A stretch of 64,000 bases of DNA from an uncultured bacterium. GTDB lineage: Bacteria; Krumholzibacteriota; Krumholzibacteriia; LZORAL124-64-63. The stretch spans positions 736,001-800,000 of the forward strand of contig CAVSGO010000005.1 of assembly GCA_963727525.1 (NCBI GenBank), written 5' to 3'. Shown piece by piece: positions 21,194-30,535 of this stretch; within the stretch, counting starts at the first letter, position 1, and each line of letters starts with the position of its first letter. Position numbers and translations under genes: made by a program. Under the pieces are notes generated by a model. It was not told where the DNA came from. It saw nothing but the letters and a program-made list of their open reading frames with translations, and did no database searches.

Positions 21194-22407
21194 GCGAGGT
21201 CTCCTTCGTCGGCCTGCTCGCGCCAGTCAGCCGGCAACTTGCCCACGAGTACTGCTGTCTCCACCGTGGCGAGCGCGCGCTTGACCACGGGCGCGTCGAT
21301 CATCTTGGTGCCCAGGCTCACCACGCCCGAACCGCGCGCCTGCGCTGCCTCGAAGGCGGCGACGATGCGCACCGCCTTCTCGATCTCATCGGCAGTGGGC
21401 GCGAAGGCGTCGTGCACCACGGCGATCTGCCGCGGATGGAGACAGCCCTTGCCCACGAAGCCGAGGCCGCGCGCCTCGAGGACCGACTGCCGCAGACCCT
21501 CCATGTCACCCACGTCGCTGAACACCGTGTCGATGGGCAGCACGCCGGCCGCGCGGGCGCCGTTCAGCACCTGCGCGCGGGCCCAGAAGCTCTCGGTGCC
21601 AGCATCGGTGCGTGCGGCTCCGATGTCGGCGGTGTAGTCCTCCAGGCCGATGGTCAGGGCCACCACGTTCGGATGGGCGACGGCGATGTCGTACGCGCGC
21701 CACGCGCCCAGCGCCGACTCGATGATCGGCATGAGCAACACGTCGTTGTCGTGCCTCATGGCGGCGATGCGCGCGGCGACGTCGCGCACCTGCTGCGGGT
21801 CTTCCACCTTGGGAATGAGGATCACGTGCACGTTGTGCGGCACCACCCAGGCGAGGTCATCGAGGCCGCGCTCGCCCTGGTTGATCCGTACCATGCGCTC
21901 GGCGCCGTGGAAGTCGACGGCGCGCAGCGCGTTGCGCACGAGGGTGCGGGCGGCGTCCTTCTCGGCCGGGGCCACGGAGTCCTCGAGGTCGAGGATCACG
22001 CCGTCGGGCCGGTGCAGTCCGGCGTTGACGAAGAGCTTGGGCTGCGTGCCGGGCAGGTAGAGGCGGCTGCGGCGCAGGCGGTCGCGGCGCGAGGTGTCGA
22101 CGGGGCGCGCGCACACCGGCAGCAAGAAATTGCGCCCTTCCGCAAGGCCCGCGCGGTGCGCCGCCGTCTCCAGGCGCGCCGCGAGGGTGAAGGGCAGGGC
22201 CCCCTGGTCCTCCACCTCGACGCGGGCGTAGGTGATGCCCAGTGCCGCGCATCCGTCGGTGATCAGGGCATGCAGCGAGGCGCCGTACATGTCGGCCACC
22301 TTGCTGCAGACCTCGATCCGCAGGTCGTCACCACCAGGTTCCACCGCGATCCAGCAGTCCGACCGGACGCTCGCACCGCGGCTGCCGGCCTCGCCTCGTG
22401 CCGCCAT
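21190..22407 (-). CDS. citE: Citrate lyase acyl-carrier (CitD-like) / beta subunit (CitE) fusion
   Basis: N-terminal ~90 aa with VRSDC, SKVADMYG, DQGALPFTLAARLE (CitD-like); then RRSRLYLPG, ILDLEDSV, GLEDYTAD, GKGCLHP, MIDAPV (CitE). Confidence 0.85.
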   Translation of the reverse strand: MAARGEAGSRGASVRSDCWIAVEPGGDDLRIEVCSKVADMYGASLHALITDGCAALGITYARVEVEDQGALPFTLAARLETAAHRAGLAEGRNFLLPVCARPVDTSRRDRLRRSRLYLPGTQPKLFVNAGLHRPDGVILDLEDSVAPAEKDAARTLVRNALRAVDFHGAERMVRINQGERGLDDLAWVVPHNVHVILIPKVEDPQQVRDVAARIAAMRHDNDVLLMPIIESALGAWRAYDIAVAHPNVVALTIGLEDYTADIGAARTDAGTESFWARAQVLNGARAAGVLPIDTVFSDVGDMEGLRQSVLEARGLGFVGKGCLHPRQIAVVHDAFAPTADEIEKAVRIVAAFEAAQARGSGVVSLGTKMIDAPVVKRALATVETAVLVGKLPADWREQADEGDLA

Positions 22408-22524
22408 CGCCAACCTCGCTTTGTCCGTCCATGAGCCCGTTTTCCGGGCAGGATAGCACCATGATGGTACCCGCCGCCGCCGCAGGCAAGACCGGGCCGC
22501 CGGTGCCCCCATCGGGCGCGCGAG

Positions 22525-22701
22525 TTATCCCCATAAGCCACGTCTCGCCGGGGATAAACCTGCGGCACCCCCGCACCCAAAATGAAAGGAACTCTTGTAT
22601 TCAATCCGTAGATCAAGAAAACATAACGACTTACCGCATGTGCCAACGTCAAGGAATTGTATGGGGACAAACGCGAAAAGCTGGGGATAACTTGGGGAAA
22701 A
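22525..22701. promoter_or_regulatory. Cluster of DnaA-box-like 9-mers (TTATCCCCA type)
   Basis: TTATCCCCA 22525-33 (+); CGGGGATAA 22549-57, TGGGGACAA 22662-70, TGGGGATAA 22682-90, TGGGGAAAA 22693-701 (-); AT-richer stretch between. Confidence 0.5.
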
Positions 22702-22709
22702 CCGCGTGA

Positions 22710-23717
22710 AGATTCAACGTTTGGTATGGGATGCGCACACTTGCCGTAGATGGAACAAGATTGGTTTTACCTAACCATCCGAGCGTTATAGAAGAATTTG
22801 GACAACACCATTTTGGACCAAATGCAGACAGTCCGCGTTCATTGGCACTTGGATCAATGCTCTATGATGTATTAAATCAAATAACGATTGACAGCAAGCT
22901 TGCACCATATACTTCCAGCGAAAGAGATTTGCTGATGGAACATTTGGATAGTGTAGAAGCAGGGAATCTGTTACTGCTCGATAGGGGTTATCCTTGTTTT
23001 TGGTTGTTATTTTTATTAAAGGCTAAAGGCATAGAATTTTGTGTACGTTTAAAAGAAGATTGGTGGCTTAAGGTTAAAAATTTTACAGAAAGCCAGGAGA
23101 AGGAACGCATAATAACCTTTACCTTACCAAAAAAGGATCACAATAAACTGGCGGCTTTTCCGCACATGCTTGATACTGTCATTACCTGCAGGTTGATAAA
23201 GGTAGAACTTCCTAATGGGGATAAAGAAATATTATGCACTTCATTAATTGATAAAAAGTATGAGTATAAAGAATTTGAACAATTATACCATTACCGGTGG
23301 AATGAGGAAGAAGCATATAAGCTGCTGAAAAGCAGAGTTGAAATTGAAAATTTCTCTGGAAAAACAGCTAAAGCAGTAAAGCAGGATTTTCATGCAAAAG
23401 TATTTTTAATGACACTATGTGCAGCTTATGCCCATCCGATAGAAGAAAAAGTTACAGAAGAATACAAAGCAGATTTACAGCGTAAACACGGACAGAAAAT
23501 CAATCGGACAAATGCCATATCAATGACCCAGGATATAATGATTGGGATGATAATAAAAAAGCAGTTTGTTTTAGCACTGGAGGCATTTGATAAGATAGTT
23601 GAAAAAACAAGAGAAGTAATAAGGCCGGGAAGAAATTTTTCTCGAAAGAAAACACCAAAGAGGCCTTACCATATGAATTACAAACGACTATAGATAGCTC
23701 TTAACTAAACGACATTG
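22710..23717 (+). mobile_element. IS4-family insertion sequence, left end missing
   Basis: DDE transposase followed by CTTAACTAAACGACATTG (23700-23717), resembling IS4-family termini (CAATG..); no left inverted repeat before the GC-rich DNA. Confidence 0.8.
22731..23693 (+). CDS. IS4-family DDE transposase, N-terminally truncated
   Basis: LAVDGT (D1), LLDRGY (D2), LYHYRWNEEEAYKLLK (Y-R-E-K motif). The frame is open only back to an in-frame TGA at 22707-22709. Confidence 0.88.
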   Translation: MRTLAVDGTRLVLPNHPSVIEEFGQHHFGPNADSPRSLALGSMLYDVLNQITIDSKLAPYTSSERDLLMEHLDSVEAGNLLLLDRGYPCFWLLFLLKAKGIEFCVRLKEDWWLKVKNFTESQEKERIITFTLPKKDHNKLAAFPHMLDTVITCRLIKVELPNGDKEILCTSLIDKKYEYKEFEQLYHYRWNEEEAYKLLKSRVEIENFSGKTAKAVKQDFHAKVFLMTLCAAYAHPIEEKVTEEYKADLQRKHGQKINRTNAISMTQDIMIGMIIKKQFVLALEAFDKIVEKTREVIRPGRNFSRKKTPKRPYHMNYKRL

Positions 23718-23750
23718 ATTTATAATTTATAATTTGTACTGCGTTGAATC

Positions 23751-23827
23751 AGGTGCAGAGCATCATTAATATTTGTAGCATTAATATTTTGATTCCAAAT
23801 TTTTAGGTGCAGAGCACCGGTAATATT
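23751..23827 (+). repeat. Pair of REP-like palindromic direct repeats
   Basis: AGGTGCAGAGCATC..TAATATT (23751) and AGGTGCAGAGCACC..TAATATT (23805), each with a GGTGC-AGA-GCACC hairpin core. Confidence 0.55.
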
Positions 23828-24167
23828 AATTTCCATGACTGATAAATCACAGGCAAACTCTAAACACAAGCCACATACTATTAGCAACAGATTTCCCTGT
23901 TCCTTTCATCGAATGACTTGAAATCTTCCGATGAATACAAGCTCGTTCAAAATTACAGGCATATTGTTCAGCCGGTCAAACTTTGATCCTTTCTGCCGAC
24001 AGTCAGGTCCTGAACTCTGCAAGATACAGAGAATAAAACACAAGATATAAGACAAGAGACAAACTACAAAGCCGGAACCAAAATCCGGAACGACAGAAAG
24101 ATCTAGGGATAGTGTCATTCAAAAAAAATGTTTTATTTTGCAGCCGATTTAGAACGACCAACCATTA

Positions 24168-24989
24168 ATGAGAATTATTGCCACGATATGCATTGTTCTG
24201 GGCATCATTTCGTATGCAGGGGCACAGACCGACAGTAAGATAACCGGTTTGTTGTCGGATATCCGCATTACAGGCAAGGGCGGCATCTCACAATTAATTA
24301 CCGAATTTAGCAGCACAGGCCCCATCAATGAATTCAACAACCAGCCTGGTCTGACTTACGGCATTGAACTCTCCAAACAATTTTCCCGCAAATGGGAAGC
24401 CGGAGCCGAATTGCTGGTCAGCATCCTCCGGGGCAAAACAGATGCTCCTGATTTCTCCGCCATTGGCCGCCATCCCCTGATGATGGCACCAATTACTGAT
24501 CCTGTCATCTACCGGAACATGTTTACCAGCAATAAAATATTTCTGCAGTACAACTTAAACTCCGGTGGAAAAAACGGGCGTTACCTGCCCTTTATAAGAG
24601 CAGGCTCCGGATTGCTACCCTACAAATCTGAATTGCGCTACAAAGATAACCGGGAAGATGGGCTGATTTTCGGGAAAAATGTCGAAGAATTCTCAAAAAG
24701 TAAAATGTCCACCGCCGTATATTTTGCCGGTACCGGAATCCGCGCGGCAATCAGCTCACATGTGGAACTGAATGCTGTCGTTAATGTTAACCTTGTCAAC
24801 TACGATTTTCTGGATGTGGTCCATAATTATAATACAGCGGGCGAACGCCGGAAAATAACTGGCATCTACTCCGACTTCACTATCGGCCTTACATTTCTGC
24901 TCAACAACTCAGGCAAATATGTCAAAAAACAGGCAAAACGAAACGGCAAACGCCAACCGGCCAATCTGCCGTTTTACAGGGGGAGGTAG
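24168..24989 (+). CDS. Bacteroidota outer-membrane beta-barrel protein
   Basis: Signal peptide, alternating strands (YLPFIRAGSG, YDFLD, DFTIGLTF), basic C-terminal tail. Confidence 0.6.
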   Translation: MRIIATICIVLGIISYAGAQTDSKITGLLSDIRITGKGGISQLITEFSSTGPINEFNNQPGLTYGIELSKQFSRKWEAGAELLVSILRGKTDAPDFSAIGRHPLMMAPITDPVIYRNMFTSNKIFLQYNLNSGGKNGRYLPFIRAGSGLLPYKSELRYKDNREDGLIFGKNVEEFSKSKMSTAVYFAGTGIRAAISSHVELNAVVNVNLVNYDFLDVVHNYNTAGERRKITGIYSDFTIGLTFLLNNSGKYVKKQAKRNGKRQPANLPFYRGR

Positions 24990-24991
24990 GT

Positions 24992-25187
24992 ATCTTGTGT
25001 CTCCTCTTGTCTTTTGTGTCTTATGTCTTATGCCATTTACTGAGGGAATGATTTACTGAAGGACTGAAGGACTGAAATAAGCACATAGCTTGTGTCTTTA
25101 ACCCAACCCGTAACCTGTAACCCGAGTCGGCTTCAAATTGGAACCTGGAAGCCGAAGACTTTAAACTTAAAACTTTGAAATTCTGAA
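24992..25187. repeat. Intergenic mosaic of 7-8 nt short tandem repeats
   Basis: TTGTGTC/TTATGTC runs, ACTGAAGG x2-3, AACCCGT/AACCTGT and AAACTTT runs between convergent genes. Confidence 0.6.
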
Positions 25188-26330
25188 TTAACTTTCGTAT
25201 TCTTTTAAATAACAGAAGAAAGTGGTACCCGTTTCGGGTGAGCTGGTCAGGCTAACATGACCGCCGTTGCCTTCAATGAGTGTTTTTACTATATACAGAC
25301 CAATTCCGGAGCCTTCACATTTGTCTGTATTGCGCTGAAATACTCTGAAGATGTCTTTCCATTCCTTTTCAGAACCGGTAATACCCATGCCATTATCTTT
25401 TACTGTAATGATAATAAATTCGTCCTCCCTTTTGCTTTTAACCTCCACCAACAGTGCCCGGTCGTTGTGTCTGTATTTTACAGCATTTGAAACTAAATTG
25501 AAAAGAATACTGAATATGAACCGCTCGACATAGTGAATATGAGGTGCAGCATCGAAGTTGAATGTTATCTTTCCATTTTCCGGAACGGAGATATCCAGTA
25601 CTTCGTTAACATCGCGCATAATATCGCTCAGGTTTACTTTTACAGCATGAAGATTTTTAGGTTTTTGAACTTTAATGATCTCAATGAGGCCATCGAGCAC
25701 TTTTTGCTGCTGTACAATCATCTTTTTTAAATCCTGCAGAATCTCGTCCCTTGATTTCTGTTCTTCAAGCTGATAAAAATAAGTCAGGGTTTGATGCATG
25801 TTTCCCAACGGTCCTTTCAAATCGTGTGCTATAATGTGTAGCAGGTTGTCGCGCAATTCATTTAATTTCTTCAATTTAAGGTTTCGGTTGGTCAGGATCA
25901 GGTTGGCCTGTCGCAATTCATCTTCGGCGATTACATGCAGGTGGCTGTTAATTGCTGAACCAACGAATCCCTCGAACCTGCCGGCGTCATTAAATCGTGG
26001 TGCTCCCTCCGACTGGTGCCAGATAAATTCATTGTTGTTGTTTTTTAACCTGAAATTAATCTTAAATGCAATATGATCTTTATTGGCGCCATTGAACATT
26101 TTGAAGGTCAGTTGCTGATCATCAGGATGAATAGCCTTCACCCAGTCGAAACCCAAAGCTTCCTCCGGAAGCTGACCTGTAAATTCGTACCAGTTTTTAT
26201 TTAAATAAGTGCAGAAACCATCGGACTGAGTAATCCATATTTTTACAGGAGTATGATTTGTAATAATGTTGTAAAAAGATTCATAATTGCGAAGGTTTTC
26301 TTTGGCCTGATGTGTACTTTTTAAGTTCAT
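25188..26330 (-). CDS. PAS-domain sensor histidine kinase
   Basis: PAS (YLNKNWYEFTG, WVKAIHPDD), IAHDLKGPL, NLVSNAVKY, DNGMGI, GSGIGLYIV. Confidence 0.9.
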   Translation of the reverse strand: MNLKSTHQAKENLRNYESFYNIITNHTPVKIWITQSDGFCTYLNKNWYEFTGQLPEEALGFDWVKAIHPDDQQLTFKMFNGANKDHIAFKINFRLKNNNNEFIWHQSEGAPRFNDAGRFEGFVGSAINSHLHVIAEDELRQANLILTNRNLKLKKLNELRDNLLHIIAHDLKGPLGNMHQTLTYFYQLEEQKSRDEILQDLKKMIVQQQKVLDGLIEIIKVQKPKNLHAVKVNLSDIMRDVNEVLDISVPENGKITFNFDAAPHIHYVERFIFSILFNLVSNAVKYRHNDRALLVEVKSKREDEFIIITVKDNGMGITGSEKEWKDIFRVFQRNTDKCEGSGIGLYIVKTLIEGNGGHVSLTSSPETGTTFFCYLKEYES

Positions 26331-26557
26331 AACAGTAAAAGTTTAAACTGAAAAAAGGCATCAAAGAAAAACTGCTTAACAATATATAAGCGGTTGATTG
26401 TTAAACTGTTATTTTAACTGAAGATACACAAATTTTTGGTCATTTGCAAATCGCAAAAAGCGAAGTGCAGGGAATAAAAAATTCCAAACCAGGAGCCTGG
26501 AACCTTGACCCGGGAGCTAAGAATCGAAAAAAGCAGGTATAGGGGATATTCGTTTTA

Positions 26558-26839
26558 TTAACCGGCATCCATAACTGATTTCTTGAATTCAGCCGCTGGT
26601 TTAAAAGAAGGAATATTATGGGCAGGAATGATTATTGTTGAATTCTTTGAAATGTTTCTGGCAGTTTTTTCTGCCCGATGTTTAATTGCAAACGTACCAA
26701 AACCTCTTAAATAAACATTTTCACCATCAGTAAGTGATGATTGTACAGTTTTAATAAATTCTTCAAGTGTTTTAATTACTGTGTTTTTATCAATGGCGGT
26801 TTGGCTTGAAATTTTGTTTACAATGTCTAATTTGGTCAT
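26558..26839 (-). CDS. HU/IHF-family DNA-binding protein
   Basis: MTKLDIV...GENVYLRGFGTF..K.RAEKTARNI..PAHNIPSFKPA. Confidence 0.92.
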   Translation of the reverse strand: MTKLDIVNKISSQTAIDKNTVIKTLEEFIKTVQSSLTDGENVYLRGFGTFAIKHRAEKTARNISKNSTIIIPAHNIPSFKPAAEFKKSVMDAG

Positions 26840-27290
26840 AGTAATAAATTTTTAACTGGATATTATGAATTTATAAATCAGGGTCAAATATATCTTATAA
26901 ATTCTAATTTTAAAAACATCGCAGTCGACTTTATTTATATTTTTTTGGAATTTCCAATTTGAGAGGAAAGAACCGTCTAAATCATTCATTTCATAAATTT
27001 GAGTTTTAAGAATTACAGGATTGAGCCAGTTTAGAAAAGTCTGATTTATCATTAACATATATAAATGCAAAATTTACGAAGTATAAAGGTACCGGACTAT
27101 TGAATTTCAATCAACAGTTCAACTCCAATGAGCTTCAATCACCGGTTCCAACCAATTTCATCTTTTTCCTCCCTTACTTAAACAAAATATTACTTTAAAT
27201 CAGCAATTCTGAACTGTAATTTCAGCAATAAGAACATTCTGGAATTTTCTAATATGTCTAATTTTGATTTACAATTTATGCAAACAACTA

Positions 27291-27533
27291 ATGCAAGATC
27301 CAGATATCAACAAAGCCTTTAACAAACTTGTAAAATCGTGCCCCCACGACAAACCAAACCCGCAATGCCCGTTTGAAATTTACAGGAATATGAATGAGGA
27401 ATTTTATGAAATTGCTGAAACCTGTTCGGATGCCAATAAGGAAATTATGCTTAAATACCACAAAGTCTGTAACGGCATTCGTTCGAAAAACTGTACTGAT
27501 TCGATAATTCCGGCTTTGAAGTCGCAGGTTTAG
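27291..27533 (+). CDS. Small Cys/His-rich hypothetical protein
   Basis: ~80 aa from ATG 27291 with CPx7CPF and HxxC. Confidence 0.55.
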   Translation: MQDPDINKAFNKLVKSCPHDKPNPQCPFEIYRNMNEEFYEIAETCSDANKEIMLKYHKVCNGIRSKNCTDSIIPALKSQV

Positions 27534-27541
27534 GACTCAGA

Positions 27542-27599
27542 GTTTAAAGCCTGTCCGGCTGAACAGACGGGTTTAAAGCCAGCCCGGCTGAACAGACGG
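27542..27599 (+). repeat. 29-bp tandem duplication with hairpin potential
   Basis: GTTTAAAGCC(TGT/AGC)CCGGCTGAACAGACGG x2 (27542-70, 27571-99). Confidence 0.85.
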
Positions 27600-27619
27600 G
27601 TTCAAAGATGGATCAATGT

Positions 27620-28439
27620 CACAAGATTAAAGCCACGAGCTACCAGCCATGAGCCTAAAGACCAGTAATTCATACCTTCTAAAAATAGTCAAGCATTCAA
27701 GAAATTCAAGCATTCAAAAATTAAGCATTCAAGCATTCAAGCATTCTTCAGTCCTTCAGTAATTTGCCACAAGACACAAGATTAAAGCCACGAGCTACCA
27801 GCCATGAGCCTAAAGACCAGTAATTCATACCTTCTAAAAATAGTCAAGCATTTAAACATTCAAGAAATTCAAGCATTCAAGAAATTCAAGCATTCAAGCA
27901 TTCAGCATTCCAGTCCTTCAGTAATTTGCCACAAGACACAAGATTGAAGCCACGAGCTATCAGCCATGAGCCTAAAGACCAGTAATTCATACCTTCTAAA
28001 AATATTCAAGCATTCAAGCATTTAAACATTCAAGAAATTCAAGCATTCAAGCAATTAAGCATTCAAGCATTCTTCAGTCCCTCAATCCTTCAGAATTCAG
28101 TCCTTCAGTAATTTGCCACAAGACACAAGATTGAAGCCACGAGCTATCAGCCATGAGCCAAAGACCAGTAATTCATACCTTCTAAAAATATTCAAGCATT
28201 CAAGCATTCAAACATTCAAGAAATTCAAGCATTCAAGCAATTAAGCATTCAAGCATTCTTCAGTCCCTCAATCCTTCAGTCCTTCAGTAATTTGCCACAA
28301 GACACAAGATTGAAGCCACGAGCTACCAGCTATAAATCAAACCATCAAAAATATTCAAGCATTTAAACATTCAAGAAATTCAAGCATTCAAGCAATTAAG
28401 CATTCAAGCATTCTTCAGTCCCTCAATCCTTCAGTCCTT
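27620..28439 (+). repeat. Higher-order tandem array: five units of ~135-187 bp, each a conserved ~68-bp block plus variable microsatellite tracts
   Basis: Units start at 27620, 27775, 27937, 28124 and 28303 with CACAAGATTRAAGCCACGAGCTAYCAGC; TTCAAGCA and TTCAGTCC tracts vary; no ORF of 60 aa or more. Confidence 0.92.
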
Positions 28440-28545
28440 TGTCCTTTTGGCAAAAACAACTATTTAAAAAGGTTTAACGATGTACAAGTGAAATCTTTTT
28501 TTTACCTTATACTTATTTAGAACAAATATATTTTACACAAAAGGT

Positions 28546-28782
28546 ATGAAGACAATGACTTGCAGACAATTGGGAGGGGCATGTGATAAAGAGTTCCATG
28601 CAGATACCTTCGGACAAATGGCAAATCTGAGCAAAGCCCACGGTGTTGAAATGTTTCAGAAAAAAGATGAACCACACATAAAAGCAATGCAGGAAATGCA
28701 AAAGTATATGAATTCACCTGATACACTGAATGAATGGTATGATAAAAAAAGAAAAGAATTTGATGCCCTGCCTGACAATTAA
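28546..28782 (+). CDS. DUF1059-like small protein
   Basis: MKTMTCRQLGGACDKEFHADTF...SKAHG pattern. Confidence 0.75.
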   Translation: MKTMTCRQLGGACDKEFHADTFGQMANLSKAHGVEMFQKKDEPHIKAMQEMQKYMNSPDTLNEWYDKKRKEFDALPDN

Positions 28783-28880
28783 CCCGGTGAATACAAAAAC
28801 GGACTCCCCCACTCTTTCAGTAAAATAATAATCCGGAGCTTATCGGTACTGCGCCGAAATAAATGTAATGAAACAGATAA

Positions 28881-30254
28881 ATGAAAAAATTTGATGCAAT
28901 AATTATCGGTTCGGGTCAGGCAGGAACACCGCTTGCTTTTAAACTTGCCTCAAAAGGGAATAAAGTTGCTTTTATTGAAAAGGAGAAGTTAGGAGGAACT
29001 TGCGTGAATGATGGATGCACCCCCACAAAAACCTATGTGGCAAGCGCACGTCGGATCCGGGATGCCCGGAACGGGGCTGAACTTGGAATTCATATACCCG
29101 AAGGTGCTACTGCTGATCTAAAAAGAATTAAAAGCCGCAAGGATAAAATTGTGAAGGAATCGGTTGAAAGCATAAGTTCGGGTGTTGAAAACGAAGAAAA
29201 CATTACTTTTTTTAATGGACAGGCCAACTTTACAGGTAAAAAAATGATTCATGTTAACGATGTGGAACTTACCGCCCCTGAAATTTATATCAACACAGGT
29301 GCAAGAGCTGTTATTCCTGAATCGCTGGAGCAACTGGATTACCTCACCAACGAATCAATACTTCAGCTTGAAGAACTGCCTGAACACCTGCTCATTGTTG
29401 GAGGAAGTTACATCGGGCTTGAGTTTGGTCAAATGTTCCGGAGATTTGGAAGCAAAGTCACAATTATTGAGAAAGGGCCGGCTATTATTGGTCGTGAAGA
29501 CAGTGAAATCAGTGAGAATATTCTGGATTTCCTGCAAGAGGAAGGCATTGAATTCCGGTTGAATACTTCGTGTATCGGCGGTATACAAAACAACGATAAT
29601 TCAGTCACCCTGAAACTGGACTGTAAACAAGGAGCTCCGGAAATTTCAGGTTCGCACCTGCTGATTGGAGTTGGGCGCAGACCAAATACAGATTCGCTGA
29701 ACCTGAAAGCCTGCGGAATAAAAACAGATGACCGCGGTTATATTCATGTAAATGAGTATCTTGAAACAAATGTTGAAGGCATTTATGCACTGGGCGATTG
29801 CAACGGAAAAGGTGCTTTTACACATACCTCGTACAATGATTTTGAAATTATTGCCGACAACAAATTCAACAACAAAAACAGGAAAGTTTCTGACAGGATA
29901 ACTGCATATAACCTGTATATCGATCCGCCTTTGGGACGTGCAGGATTAACCCGCAAAGCCGCACTTGAAAAGGGAGTTAAACTTTTGGAAGCAACAATGC
30001 CCATGAGTAAGGTATCCAGGGCGAAAGAAAAAGGGGAAACCAAGGGAATGATGCAGATTATAGTCAATGCTGAAAATCTGAGAATAATCGGTGCAGCTAT
30101 ATTAGGCGTTGGCGGCGATGAAGTTATTGGCAGTATTTTACAAAATATGTATACCGATGTTCCTTACACAGTAATGAAGAACGCTGTTATTTCACATCCT
30201 ACTGTATCAGAGCTGTTACCAACTTTGCTGAAAGGGTTGAAAGCGATAAATTAA
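28881..30254 (+). CDS. Pyridine nucleotide-disulfide oxidoreductase (mercuric-reductase/RclA-like class)
   Basis: IIGSGQAG, GGTCVNDGCTPTK redox motif, VGGSYIGLEF, HPTVSE; lacks the MerA C-terminal Cys pair. Confidence 0.85.
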   Translation: MKKFDAIIIGSGQAGTPLAFKLASKGNKVAFIEKEKLGGTCVNDGCTPTKTYVASARRIRDARNGAELGIHIPEGATADLKRIKSRKDKIVKESVESISSGVENEENITFFNGQANFTGKKMIHVNDVELTAPEIYINTGARAVIPESLEQLDYLTNESILQLEELPEHLLIVGGSYIGLEFGQMFRRFGSKVTIIEKGPAIIGREDSEISENILDFLQEEGIEFRLNTSCIGGIQNNDNSVTLKLDCKQGAPEISGSHLLIGVGRRPNTDSLNLKACGIKTDDRGYIHVNEYLETNVEGIYALGDCNGKGAFTHTSYNDFEIIADNKFNNKNRKVSDRITAYNLYIDPPLGRAGLTRKAALEKGVKLLEATMPMSKVSRAKEKGETKGMMQIIVNAENLRIIGAAILGVGGDEVIGSILQNMYTDVPYTVMKNAVISHPTVSELLPTLLKGLKAIN

Positions 30255-30535
30255 AATTTAAAATTCATCCGGTTGCATATACAAGTGTTAGAATATTTGC
30301 ATCATTCCCACCCTATTCGAATTGAATTTAATTTGATAAAAAATTTTATGAGAAAAAATCTCTGGTACCTGGTTTTCAGAGACAGAAATTCCTTAAAAGA
30401 ATAATACAAAAGAATATGGACTTAATATTTTTAAACAAATAAAATCCATATTTGAAATATTCAGTCAATATTATATATTTCCAATATTTTTGAATTTGGA
30501 AATTTTGCATCTATATTTGAAAACTTCTTAAACTG

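Noticed and set aside
27620..28439. CRISPR or TIGR-type guide array
   Set aside because: Units are ~135-187 bp, the variable parts are copies of the same microsatellites rather than unique spacers, and no cas or tas-like gene is nearby.
28881..30254. merA mercury resistance gene
   Set aside because: No C-terminal Cys-Cys, no NmerA domain and no mer operon genes.
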